Below, in pieces: positions 38,882-51,709 of a DNA stretch of 64,000 nucleotides; the first letter of the stretch is position 1; each line of letters begins with the position of its first letter. The stretch is from Lama guanicoe (lineage: Eukaryota), in NCBI GenBank assembly GCA_013239625.1, contig MU053379.1:3082866-3146865 (forward strand), given 5' to 3'. A program made the position numbers and the translations under genes. The notes below the pieces were generated by a model that had not been told where the DNA came from, searched no databases, and saw only the letters and a program-made list of their open reading frames with translations.

Positions 38882-41144
38882 CCTGGTATATCAAATCATC
38901 ACACTGTACACTGTAAATATATCCAGTTGTATCTGCCAATTGCTCCTCAGTATCATGCAGCAGTTACTACTGCTGCATAACAAGTGACCCCAAACTTGAC
39001 GGGTCCAAAAACCACCACGTGTTCTTGCTCAGGAGTCAGACCGTCCTGCCGACACGAGCCAGGCTGGGCTGGGCTGGGCTCACTCTCACTCCCGCCTCGT
39101 ACAGAAGGAGCCTGGGGCTCTGTGTGCGCTGGCCCAACAGGACTCCGCCCCCGTGTTAGTCCTGGCCCCACTGTTCTGTCTCTGTGGTTCTCTTTCCTCT
39201 CCTTGCTGCACGCACGCTGCCTCCAGCATGGCTCACTGGTAAGCGTCTGGATTCCCTTCCTCGTGCTGCTGGGCCCACAGGGGTCTGTGAGCCTCGGGAC
39301 TGTCCTGACTCGGTTCCCCAGGTGGCAGATCCTGAGGAAAATATTTGTGGGTAAGCAGCTCATCCCAGGGAGTGAGAAGTGGGGAGTGTGAGGAGGACAG
39401 GGAGGCAGCCAATACACGGTGTGCTCATGAGGAGGCTACCACTGCGGGAAACTGGGCACGGTCCCCCTGGGGGTGTATCCCACGGTGGTCCCACCCAGGG
39501 GACAAAGAATGGAACCTTTGCTGGACGGAAGCTGTTCGGGGGTGGGGGGCAACTTCCTTCTGCGTCAGGTCTCTGCTCCGAGGCTTCTCCCTCCAGGCGT
39601 CCCTGCAGAGGGACCGCTGGCCCGAGGCTGGGTTTAGTCCAGTCACTCAGGAGGCCCCTTCCCTCGTTCAAGCCCACAAGAAGTAGCTGAAGTCCGGGAC
39701 CTGGTGGATAATCACAGAACACGCAGAGGCTCGGACAGCACCAGAAGCAAGTCTGATCTGTTTTCTCCTGGGGCAAAACCATCCAAAGTCACTTTTGAAG
39801 GAGGGGCCGGGGGAGCTGGAATCTTGCATTCAAGGGCAGGCTGCGCCAGGCAGGGCGGTGGCCGCACCTGTTACGGCTTTGTGTCGGATGCCCGACACAG
39901 ACCTCCGCTCCTTTATCCCTGTGAGCATCACCAAACAGAGGTCTGCTTTTCATGGGGCAGCAGGTATTTTTAGTGATTTGTCATGAAATGTTTTGTTACA
40001 TGGAATGACGGGCTCCTGTAGGACAGTAGAGTGATTCCTTGGAGGCTCATGAATTGAAAGTCCACAAAGGAATTTAAGCAGTTGGATGCAAACTAGCTGA
40101 CCGATAGGAAGAGTTTAAAGATGGCCCAAGTTCTCAGAAGCTATTGTGTCAAAACTCGCACAACGTGGCTTCTGAGCCTGCTCTGCTTCGAAAATGAAGC
40201 ATGGGTGGTGACAAGCCTCTGTGTCAGAAGCTTAGATTCAGCCCCAGACCTCGGCTCAGTGACTCTGTACCCGTGCATCTTCCTGCCTTTTAGATTTGCA
40301 CCTCTCGCAGGGCTGAGCCAGACCGCCGTTCTGTTTGCCTTGACCCCCTCCAGCCGATACCCAGCAATGCTTGTGGTCGGTTGTCTGGATTGATACTGGT
40401 CTGAGTAGCTTCTAGCTTTCCAGGGTGAATAACCTCTGCCATATCAACCTGCAGATATGGGTTAATTGGTTGGCGCATTTGTTTATTCAGGAAGCACTGC
40501 TGGGAGTCTGTGGGACCAGTCTCTCCGGAGGCTGAGCGCCCACAAAGCCCGAGGCTTCCTTCACCATCCGATGTCGAACATTCGCGTTCAAAGGCAGGAA
40601 AAAACCGATGTCCCAGCTCAAAGACTGTCAGGCGGGAGGAATTCTCTCTTAACTCAGCAGAGGGTCGGCTTCCTGCCTGTCTGCCCGGGAAGAGGGAGCA
40701 GCAGGCAGGCGCTGGAGGTGGGAAGCTGTCAGTGCACGTGGGAACGGCCCACCAGCTGCGGCCAAGCACGAGCTGGGCAGTGAGGATGTGGCCACACTGT
40801 CAGGGCCCCACTAAGACCCCCACCCAATGTTGGCTCCTCTCCGTTGATCACCTGTTTGGTGGTCTCTCTCCTTTTTCCACCGAGGAGCTCCGTGCGAGGA
40901 GGCACTGTTTCCACTCCTGGCAGTATTCGCCAGCCTCGCACGACGGTCAGATCTGTGTACACTTAGTATTTATCCAGTGAGCAGAGGCCATCGTCTTCTT
41001 TGGGGCTCTCTGTGTCCTGGTATAAATCATCACACTGTACACTTTAAATATATACAGTTGTATTTGCCAGTTACACCTCAATATCATGCAGCAGTTACTA
41101 TTGCTGCATAACAAATGACCCCAAGCATGATGGGTCCAAAAACC
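38882..41144 (+). repeat. ~130-bp dispersed direct duplication (38882-39013 and 41016-41144)
   Basis: Manual alignment gives 12 substitutions and one 3-nt indel (~90% identity). Confidence 0.92.
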
Positions 41145-43884
41145 TGACAGGTCCCAAAACACAGATGAGCTCTCTGTGTCCCTTACCCCATTGTTCTCCA
41201 AAGACAAGACCACAGCTTCCCCAGCCGCAGCTGACCTCGGGGAGGGGCGGAGGAGGTTGGCCAGGAGTTTATTTGTTTGGAGGCCACGTTAAGCTCTCTT
41301 GGCTCCCTCTCTGGTGCGGAGGCAGGAGGCCAGGGACAGGGCTGAGCCCTTGCTCTGCCTCGCGACCACTCCTGGTGGGAAGCAAACCTTTAGTTCAGGC
41401 ATCTTGGCAGTCAGCAAGGGCCTCGCTTAGGCTCCAGATAACAGCTCTCTCTCCTTCTCCCCATCGTAAAGGTCTTAAAGGCTGGCTGGCTGTCACTGGG
41501 CGTCCAAGGATGAGCAGCCCCTCGGCGGCCCGGACGTCTGGCTGGCGCATGGTCCCCAGGCAGGTTCACAGACCGGCTTTGTAGTGATGTAGAGAGAAGC
41601 TTCTTCTGCCAGCTTGGGCTGAACTAAATCCTCTATGAAGTGACAGATCCAACATTTCCAAACAGGCAGGGCTTAGGGGCAGCCATCTGGTTGGAAGGGG
41701 GATTCGGGTACTTGAACTAGAGCCGCCTCGGCGGGGCGGGCCCCTGGACGCCATGGAGGTGTGCGCTAGTCCGGGACGGCTTCAGGGAGGGGAGGTAGGT
41801 ATTGGAGGGAACCTGAAGGGTCCCAGCCCTCGGTCCCTCGTTGCTCATGAACAAGGCAACCCTACGGCTAGGATGTGGCAGCCGCGTGACGGGGGAGGAG
41901 CACAGAAGGCAGCCCTGACCTTCAGCCGCCAGAACTGCGCCTGAGCCCAGCTCGTTTTGCTTTTACAGATGCGTGTGCTTTGGGAGGCAAGTCAGCTTAT
42001 ATCTCTGTTTAGAAAGAAGAATTATCACTCTCGAACTCAGATGAAGGTCTGCTGTTTCTACTGTTACAATTTTTAATAAATGCCCTGGACCAGGCCCTGC
42101 AACCCAGACCCTGGCCTCCATCTGTCTGGCTGTGAAACCGTGTTCATCACATTGTTAATCAATCTGCCCAGATTTCAGAATTTATCATTCTCAGCAGTTC
42201 ACTGAATGAAAACAGACGTCCTGCCAGAAATTCATGGTCATAGAGAAGCATCTAATGTCGGTGAATAGCAAGTAAAACAGAGGCCAAAGTGCCCACCTCA
42301 GACCACAACTCTGCCCCACAGGGTCAGCGCAGTCTGGGGACGTCACAGACGGAGGTCTACCCCACGCCCGCATATTGGGAGTGGAGCCGTGAGCCTTCCA
42401 GAGAGACCTAGGATTTACACACAAAAGGGAGTAAACCTTTCGGGGTTTAAGGCAAGTACATATTGCCAAGACGAGAGAAGGAGCCAGCGGCAAACACGAC
42501 GCGCACCGTAGGCTGAGGTCTCCTCCGTCCGCCAGCAGCCGACCCGGCAGAGACGCCTGCTTTTCCGGGGCTCAGCCCCTGAGCCGCCTCAGGGGGTCCT
42601 GTGGCCTGAAAACTGGCTATTTCCAGCCCTTCCTGCAACTGTGCCCGCCTTTTGGCTTTTACTGCTGAGGAATACGAACAACTTCATGCCACGTGTGTGT
42701 CCTTCGTGTCACATGTGTGTCCCTTTACTAAAGAAAAGGCAGCTCCACCTCAAGCCCTACAGCTTTGACCACTCGTGTGGGGACGCCAAGCAGGACGCCA
42801 GGGCCACGCACAGAGCTGCTCCAGCCTCCAACACGCCACCCACCGTCTCCGAAAGCTCGGAAGCCCCGAGTCCGAGTGCAGACAGTAAACTACTGACAGA
42901 AGTCCGACGTGAGCATCGTGGCAGCTGAATTCAAAGTCCCAGCAGATCGACAATGGATTCCACTGGGGTTTATTCAGATCGAGCGCAGAGGACAGACGGG
43001 GACACGTTTGGGGGCAGCTTTACAGAAGGAGCAAGGAGGCAACGTGACGTCCAGCGTCATGTGTGATAAAGTCACTCATCACATGACGGCTGACACGGCT
43101 TCTCGTCTTCACCCCGAAAGCAGCCAGTCGATGAGCAGGCCCGTCCTTCAAGGGTCACAGGGAGGCCTCTTGCAGCAGCGCCGTCCGCGGCCTCGGGTTC
43201 CCAGGACGTCCAGAGAGGGCTGGCGCGTGTCCTCGTTCCTTCCGGGGAAGGACCCCCAGCGCGAGCCTCTGCGCGGCCCCTCTGTTTCTCCCACGGCTCT
43301 GCCGAGTTCACCTTCTTAACCCGACTGCCTCGCCCCTCAGAATCCTCCAGTGGCTGACTCCCAGGGACTAAGGAAACTGCCTGCTAAGATCATGACGGCC
43401 ACCCACCCGCTACACCCACCCGGCATCCATTTCCACTTGGGTCTCAGATCATTGATTTTATTCCAGGAAGCAATGGTTGTTACCAGATGGCATCGCCAGC
43501 CGCCCTTGCACCCAGCGTGGCCTATGAGCTGGGGGGCTGGACAGACAGGCACTGAGCAGAGGGGGAGGCAGGGTCCGGCCTCAGCGACCACCGGATGCCC
43601 CAGTGAGTCACTCTGACCCTCAGTGATGGAATGCTTGCATGTGGAAGCTTCCTCCTGGACCTGCGAACCTTAACTTAAAGGCATGAGAACTTGAAGATAC
43701 TACCGCAGCCCCCAGGAAGAAGGAAGCCCTTTCCCAAACCCTGTGCTGACTGCAGTGACTCCTCCAGGACTCGCCCAGCCACGAGGTGGGGCTCCGACGG
43801 CTAACCTTGGTCTCTCGGAGCTCCCGTCTGCAAGGAAAAGCCCTCATCAGACAGACAGAGCTGTTATAAAAAAAGAATGAGTCT

Positions 43885-44210
43885 TGTAAATAAGGTCACT
43901 TGTACCATTTTTTAGAGTCCACGTATAAGTGATATCACATGATTTCTGTCTTTCTCTGTCTGACTTACTTCACTTACTGTGATAAGTAAGTCCAGCCACG
44001 TTGCTGCAAGCAGCATAGTTTCATTCTTTTTTATGGCTGAGTAGTGTTCCCTGTGGTGTCTATGTGACACACACATATACCACATCTTTTTTTTTTACAT
44101 TTTTTATTGATTCATAATCATTTTACAGTGTTGTGTCAATACCACATCTTTTTTATCCATTAACACAACACAGTAAATCAACTATACCTCAATAAAAATT
44201 TTTTTGAAAA
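43885..44210. mobile_element. L1 3' fragment with inversion, containing a nested ~48-nt L1 tail
   Basis: Antisense 3' UTR 43885-44160, then sense tail 44161-44210. The nested insert ~44091-44138 is flanked by ATACCACATCTT(TT) at 44077 and 44139. Confidence 0.8.
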
Positions 44211-45574
44211 GAAACAGTGGATTTTTGAGTAAATCAGTCTTGCTGGTGAGTGTCTATTTCCTAGGAAACTGGAAGAAAAAAGAAGTTCAGTTAGATATTT
44301 AAAAGCCCCTCTAACATAAAGATAAGGTTAGATTTTAAAACCAAGATGAAAACATGAGGCTTCAAACCATTCCTGATGTCTCTGCATAATCTTTTCTTTA
44401 CCGTTTTACCAGTTTGCCATTTCATTACTATCCTTCCTAACATCCACCAGTCAATTAACCTAACCTCTCTATTTATTCACAATTAGCATATTTTATATTA
44501 TGGACAGGAATTCGGTCTTTTTTCACCCTTCTTTTTCATTTTTCAGGTCCTAATTTAAGGCTTTCTGTACAAAAAACATTCATTAAGTCCTTGGGGACAT
44601 CGCTGTAACTGAGCTGCGTGTCACTTCCACACGCACCATCCGCCCCCTGAACAGGCAGCTGGCATGAACCCCAGGCTTAATAAGCTGCCACAGGTGAGAA
44701 GCCAAGTCGGAGTCTGAGATTTCAAGGACACTGAGATGGTTTCAGGGGCCCGACTTTCTCCTAACGCTGCCGGAGGAGCAGGTGAGTGCACGGGAATTCA
44801 GAGGTGGCCGCTAAATTGTCTGCTAACTTTCCCCTCCTCCTTAAGCAACGATACTAACAGAAGTCACACTTGTCGAAATTCACACACGCACTTTCCTCAG
44901 TCTCATGTAAGTCTTTTCTCACTTAAAAGCAAAGGATCTACCACACACTTCTGTCTCTTCCGCTCCATAATATTCAACTGAGGTAAAAGTTTAATGATGC
45001 AAAAAGAAACCCATAAGAATAGAGACCTGGGGGGTACTGATGAGTGACGGGATTCCAGCAAATTTCTGGAAAGTGGGCAATACAGGAAGCATGTTGATGA
45101 CAAAACAGGGTGAAAGGACCCGCAGCCTGGACCACCCTGCGAGGTGGCCGCAGGGAGAGGGGCCTGACTGGTCGTCTGGATTTCCCTGGGCTCCAGTCCT
45201 GGGACCAGGGGGAGCAGTGGGGGTGGGGTGGGAGATGGGCTGAAAGGGGTGGGAGGGAAGGAGGACTCACAGCTGCTCCCAGAGCCCCGATCTCTCACGC
45301 AGAACCTCCATCAAAGCCTGGGACCCTCCTCTGCAAAAGCTGAACGTGCAGGGAGGGCCTGGTCTCACAGCGGGTGTTAAGACACACTCAGAATAGCGAG
45401 GGGGTTTCTTCACAACGGACTTCGCCGGACTCCTCTGGGCCTCCCCTGTCTCTTGCTTTAGCGACCATGGCCCCAGCCACTCTGCCAGCCCTAGCTGCCT
45501 TTTGGCAAGCGTAATTCCGTGATTCTCAGGGCTCAGGAGGGCTGAAGAGAACCGTTATTAAAAATCAAATCAGC

Positions 45575-45770
45575 TATTTTATACATAGTAGTGTGTATCT
45601 GTTAATCTCAAACTCCTAATTTATCCCTCCTCCCCCTCACCTCTCCCTTTTGGTAGCCATAGTTTATTTTCTATGTCCATGAGTCTATTTCTGATTTGTA
45701 AATAAAATCTGTATCTTTTTTTAGATTCCAAAATCAGCTCCATGTCAATAAAAAATAAAATTAAAAAAAT
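45575..45770. mobile_element. L1 3' UTR fragment (antisense), possibly followed by a short sense tail
   Basis: CTATTTTATACATAGTAGTGTGTATCTGTTAATC…TTAGATTCCA, then AAATCAGCTCCATGTCAATAAAAA. Confidence 0.75.
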
Positions 45771-45819
45771 TAAATTATATGAACTTACAATTAAATAAAT
45801 CATATCAAAAACACAGGTA

Positions 45820-45965
45820 AGGGAGGGAGAGTACAGATCAGTAGTAGAATGTGTGCTTAGCAAGCATGAGGTCCTGGGTTCAATCCCCAGCACCGCTGTT
45901 AGAATGAATAAATAAATAAATAAACCTAATTACCTCTTTCCACCAAAAATTTTTAAATAAAAAAA
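45820..45965 (+). mobile_element. tRNA-derived SINE (camelid-like)
   Basis: GAGGTCCTGGGTTCAATCCCCAG B box, (AAAT)n and AAACCTAATTACC; CACAGGTA on both flanks. Confidence 0.9.
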
Positions 45966-47118
45966 CCCACAGGTAGTCGATATTCAAAACTCATGACTTC
46001 CTACGAACTTCACTTCATTTTACTTTTACATGTCACTGATGTCTATTGAATCTGTATGATGAGAACACCATACAAGGCACCTTGTCCAGGTCTGCGTTGA
46101 CAGCAGCCTGGTGTCTGTGCCACGGCACTAGGAGATCCAGGTGACAGCCGCTCACCAGCCACACAGCGGCAGTCTGCCAGGACCTCCCCTTGCGCCTGCA
46201 CGCACAGCCTTCACCTCCTGCCCTGGAGTTTAATGAGCGACCCGGGACCCCATGGGGTCACGCACCAAGCCCACGTGTGACTCCCGAGAGAGCAGCGTGG
46301 GGTCGGGGGGCGGTTCCGTGCGCTGGCACTTCTGATGAGCAGGAGATGGAAGGTGGGGGGCAAATTCTGGCCTCGTTCCCTCCTGCAGGCAGACTGCCCT
46401 TACGCCCCCGCCGAGAGCACAGTCCGTGGAAACGGAGCAAAGGACTGCGCTCAGTGGCGGGCCCACCAGCCATCCAGCCTCCTGGACTGGCTCTCCCGCA
46501 GCCCCTTGCTCTCTGGCTCCCCTGCTCTGGGACTGAGCTTCCTCGTAAAGGCAGTGCCTCACCTCAGGCTCTGCCTTCGTGGGAAGTCAGGGTAAGACAG
46601 GTCTCGATGACGGAAGTGAGCACGGGGTGTCGGGAAGACAAGGGATGGGGCTGGACCAGAGGCCAGAGCAGGCGGACCAGCACAACCCTGGCCGAGGAGG
46701 GGCCGGCGGGCGGGGAGGGGAGCGGTCAGCAAAGCGGGATGGTGGGAGCGCCGTTCTGGAAAGTTCCGAGACTTCTGTTGAGGGGCACAGACAGCTGGAC
46801 GCAGCTCCCAGGGAGGAAGGCGGGGAGGTGGGCACCCAGACCACACTGCCCCCTCCTCTCTCACCTCATTGACTAAACTCGCTGGGAACCAGAGAGCAGA
46901 GGTGAGGGGATGGGAACGTGGGAATGGAAGACTTTCCCCACGTGATCCTGGAGCAAAATCTGTCACCCAACAGTCGCAAAGTGGGTCTCGTGGTCCCAGG
47001 CACTGTGATGCAGCCGCTGAGGCCCTGCCGGCTCTCAGCCCAGTGCAAGGCTCGTCCCCGCTCTGCTGTTTCTCAGCTGTGACTTTGGTCCGCGCTGCCC
47101 GGCCCGGCCAGCTCCTCT

Positions 47119-47138
47119 CTAGTGCCCTCTGCTGGACG
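47119..47138 (-). promoter_or_regulatory. CTCF-like motif
   Basis: The minus strand reads CGTCCAGCAGAGGGCACTAG, matching the CCAGCAGRGGGCRCT core. Confidence 0.6.
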
Positions 47139-47156
47139 ACAAGTAGAACTCCTTGC

Positions 47157-47828
47157 TGAAGACTAGTAATAAGTTTTTCAGTTTTAGGGTCTTTTCTGGT
47201 GGTGAATTTACAGCGATCGCTCCAAAGCCCAGCACGTCCCCGCAAGGCGAGCAGCGGGCTGTGAGCTGTCAGGAGGCTTTCTAGGGTGTGGGGATGAGGT
47301 GGGAAGCCCCACGAAAAAGACCGGCAAGACCCCGGGGCAGGGCCACTACCCTCCCGCCAGCACCATCCGGTTCCCTGGCCCAGCGCCATTAGCTCGCTTT
47401 TTAAACTCTGAAACCGCTTACTTCTAGGAAAGCAGAACTTACCCCTAAGATTCTATTGGTTCCCTGAGCTCACTCCTGATTGGTCCATTTGTAGTGCTTC
47501 ATTTGCATGGAGCTCACTCCTGACTGGTCCATTTTCCTCACCCCTGAGTGGTCCATTTCTACAAAGCTTGCTCCTAATTAGTCTCCTTTGTTATACCCTA
47601 TTTGCATATGATGTTACAAAATGTTGCAAAGGCTAGACGGTAGCCTATAAAAGGCTGTGTAAACCTACAGACAGGGACCAGAGCTTAGAGTGTTAACTCT
47701 TCTGGACCTGCTGGCTTAATAAACCTGAGTTCTCCAACCCTCCGAGTGCTGCTGGGTCTCTCGCCTGGACCCAGGTTGCTGTGACAACTGAGCTGAAACA
47801 CCGAGCTGTAACACACTTTGCTGCAACA
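47157..47828 (+). mobile_element. Well-preserved ERV1-type solo LTR with promoter motifs
   Basis: TGAAGAC...GCTGCAACA; tandem CTCCTGATTGGTCCATTT-like units; TATAAAA 47646-47652; AATAAA 47718-47723; GAGCTG(A/T)AACAC repeats at the 3' end. TSD not resolved. Confidence 0.85.
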
Positions 47829-50457
47829 GGGAGGAGAACCCTGCCTCCTGTCTGGTCTCAGAAGGGACCCCAGATAAGCACAATGCAGCCTGACACGGGG
47901 AGGAGAGGGGGCCGGGTGCTGGGCTCTGCCCGGAAGATGCTCTGCTGTCGAAGGTGACAAATTGGTCACCAGTCTCAGAAGTACGACTCCCGGCTGCTGG
48001 GAACTTCTGCCTCTCCAGCCCCATCTTGCTTAGCGGGTGGTAAAGAAATGTGTTCTTGCAGTGGAGGGGGCTAAGCATGTTACATCAAAGCCAGAACTGG
48101 TTTTTCTATCTGCCTTCTCAAGGGACAAACAAGGGTTACTATCTAAGATCCTCACTCAGTATTAGGCCTATGGGACCTTTTGCCCAGAAATAAATACCTT
48201 CATGTTAAAACCTAACTCTCCCATGGTGTTTACTGGCCTGTCTCGCTCATGAGACTGATTTTGTTGAGGTAGAGAGATCCAGGCCTCCTTGGAGCTCAGA
48301 TTTTGTTCTTTGATGGATGGGTGGATGGATGGATAGATTGACAAACAAAAGACACAACCTTTTTTTTTCCTCCTTGTGTCTTTTGAAAACATTTCAAGTC
48401 TCCTTTATGTACAGAAATGTGGAAAAAATAATCATCGTAAGTATTGATGGATTTTCCGAAATTTAACTCACCTCTGCACACAGCGTCTAAATCCGCAGAG
48501 AGCCTTTCCAGACGCCTTCCTCGTGTCCACCAGCCAGGGCCCTCCCCTAAGGTGACCACAGACAGCATGGGTTTTCTTGGCCGCCTTTTGTACTTAAAGT
48601 AGAATCAGCCAGTGTGTTCTCTCTCCCCCTACTCTGAGTTATCATTGATTTCCATTTCTGACTCATGGCATCATGGGCTCCCCTTCGGTGGGCATGTCCT
48701 CCTGCGTCTGGCTTCAGTCCCTCCGTATCCCGCGTGTCAGGTCCACCCGCGCGGCAGCACACCGCACGGACCGCTCACTACCATGCAGTGCGGAGTCCTG
48801 TTGCATCGGCGCCCCACGGTTGAGTTTGGGGTCTCCAGAATAGACCCCAATCAGGGACCTGAGCGTGAGGGGCGATTTGGGAGATGAAGGAAACGTGGTG
48901 GGCGAGTGAGGAATCGAGAGAAGAGGGGGAGACGGTGAATGATGGGCTGTTATCAGGTAGGTCACCGCCGCGGGCTGCTGGCGCTCAGCCCGCCGGTCCC
49001 CCTGGGAGACAGGGCAGGCTCGCCGGGAAGGACGAGGGGCTGGGGTGTGTAGACCCCCACGCCCCTTAGTCACTGGCTGAGGCCTCACCGGCCAGGGGCC
49101 GGCTGTGTTCATCCCCGGGCTCCTCCCACTGCTCAGGGCCAGGCCGGGGGCTCTGGCACCAGAGAAAGGTCTTGGACAAAGAAAAACAGGCGAAGGCAAA
49201 GGGGGCAGCGCACTGCCGGGCTCCGCCGCAGGCTCGTGGGGCTTGGATCTAGGCTGGCGCGTCTGCACTCAGTGGAGAACATTCTGGACCAGGCCCGGTG
49301 AGGACATTTGCCTTCCTTGTTCACCCAGCTTCTGTTCCTCCTTTTCGACGTCTCCTTAGGGGACTACGCTTTCTGTTACAGGCAGCCTTGGTGGGGTTGT
49401 GACCCACGTGAGGTCAGTCCCGTGTGGCAGAAAGGGGTTGGGACTGGCCCATCCCGGTGGTGGGGAGTCGACGGGCCGTCCAGCAGTTCTCACAGCCTGA
49501 CCCCTGGGCACTTGCAAGCTAAGGTCTTCCTTTGAGTTTATGGACTGCGCATGTTCTAATATACTCCTCTTACTGGTTGTCCAAGTCCGGGCCCTCCAAG
49601 CAGCAGGTGCCGAGACGAGAGCAGGTTTCCAGGAGATTTATTGGAGAAGAAGGGGAGGAGCCAGAGGAGGCTCAGACCACGATGCAGGACTGACCCGTGG
49701 AGGGGGAGGGGGAAGGAGGGGAGGCGGGATAAGAAAGTCTTTGCATCGCAGTTCTCAAAAAGTGCCCCCAAGTCTGATGGGGAGTCCTGAAGCCAAAACT
49801 GCCTGGGTCTCAGGGAGCAGACCGGCCTCACTGCCCCTGCTGTGCCCGGTCACTGGCTGAGAGCAGCCTCTTTCCCGCACTTGGCGTCTGGGCATGAAGT
49901 CAGTTCAGCACCCGGAGCCTTAAGTCAGCTGTGCCCCCTGCCTCCCTGCAGCAGGACCCCCGAGAGGCCCGTTGTCACATCGCCGGAGTCACCAGGACAG
50001 CGACCAAACAGCCCCCTGCAGCCCAGGCCCCTTCCCCACGGCTCCCGGCTCTCCGTCCCGTCGGTGCATGTCCACATTCTAAGGCAAGCTGCCTTCTCCT
50101 GGAGTTCTTCAGAGGACTGAAAGTTTAACACCTACTTGTCACATGCTGCCTGTCACATGGAGCTAATTAAGCCACTCAAATTCCTTTTGGCATCTGAACC
50201 TCTGCCACAGCTTCTGCCTTTAGGAGGTGAGTGCTCTTTGACAGAGTTAAGCCCTTTAGCTGTGACCACTTTGTAAAGACCAATGTCATACGCTGGCCCA
50301 ACCCCACCGTCCAGCAGGGGGACCTCGGGCAAGTCTTGGGACCTCCCTGAGCTACGGTGTCCTCCTCTGGGACACCTTCACCCACAGGGCTGTGGTGAGA
50401 AACATAAAAGCTAATGCTGTGAAGTTCCTAGATGAGCTGGTCCTGAATACCCAGTCC

Positions 50458-50947
50458 TTTTTTCCCAAATTGACGTACAGTCAGTTTACAATGTTGTATT
50501 AATTTCTGGTGATTCCGTTACACACACATATATATTCCTTTCCATATTCTTTCCCATTATAGTCCATTACAAGGTATTGGCTATAGTTCCCTGTGCTGTA
50601 CAGTAGGACCTTGTTGTTTGTCTATTTTGTATATAGTAGTGTGTATCTGCAAATCCCGAACTCCCAGTTTGTCCTTTCCCACTCTCGTTCCCTCCCCCCA
50701 CTCTCCGGTAACCATAAGTTTGCTCTCTATGACTGTGAGTCTGTTTCTGTTTTGTAAATATGTTCGTTTCTCTCATTTTTTTAGATTCCACATATAAGTG
50801 ATATCATATGATATTTTTCTCTGTCTGACTTACTTCACTTAGTAGGATAACCTCCAGGTCCATCTATGTTGCTGCAAATGGCATTATTTCATTCTTTTTT
50901 ATGGTTAAGCAGTACTCCATTATATATGTATATAATGTATGTATGTA

Positions 50948-50978
<31 letters not shown>

Positions 50979-50990
50979 CACACCTCCTTC
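50458..50990 (-). mobile_element. L1 3' end with embedded (CA)n
   Basis: Antisense 3' UTR and ORF2 terminus (TAGATTCCACATATAAGTG…TGCTGCAAATGGCATT); (CA)n at ~50946-50972. Confidence 0.88.
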
Positions 50991-51591
50991 TTTTTGCTTT
51001 CCTTCCCATCTCTGCATCCGGGCTCCTCCTTAGGGGCCAGAATCGCTTTCCTCAAAACACTGTGATTGGCTAAGCCATGGGAACTTGAGGGGGGCGGAGG
51101 GAAGGGGAGATACATGGTATCGTTCACAGGGGTTCCCTGAGGCCGAGGGCCCGCTAGTCGAGGCAGTTTACATGTCTTCTCCTTATAAAAAAAGGTTGAC
51201 GACGGCTGTTAGTTAAAACGGCTCTCAGGCTGGGGAGGGCTCTGCAGAGAAGAGCTTGAAGCTGACAGGTCTGCTGGAGGGCTGTAGTGTGGGAGGGGAG
51301 TGGGGGGACCCTGGAAATGGGCCACTCAGCTGACCTCAGGTGACTGGGAGGTGGAGGGGGGTTTGGAAATGAGTCTGAGGACCCGGGAAGGGAGCTGTGA
51401 GTCAGCTCCCTGGAGCTGCCTGGAGCTGGGACGGCCTTCATCTCAGTTGAAGATGCAAAGTCAATGTTAAGTGTCTCCTTGGCACCCCTGGTCCATCACA
51501 CCCCTCCTCTGCAGAGCCTCCTCCATGGACCTCGGGGGACCCACATTCTGGTGGGTTTTGAGAACCACAGTGTGAAGTCTTTCCTATCCAA

Positions 51592-51709
51592 CCTACCTTC
51601 CTTCCTTCCTCCCTCTCTCCTTCCTCCCTTCCTTCCTCCCTCCTCCCTCCTTCCTTCCTTCCTCCCTCCCTCCTTCCTCCCTCCTTCCCTCCCTCCCTTC
51701 CTTCCTTCC
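51592..51709. repeat. (CCTT/CCCT)n polypyrimidine microsatellite
   Basis: About 118 nt of almost pure C/T. Confidence 0.95.
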
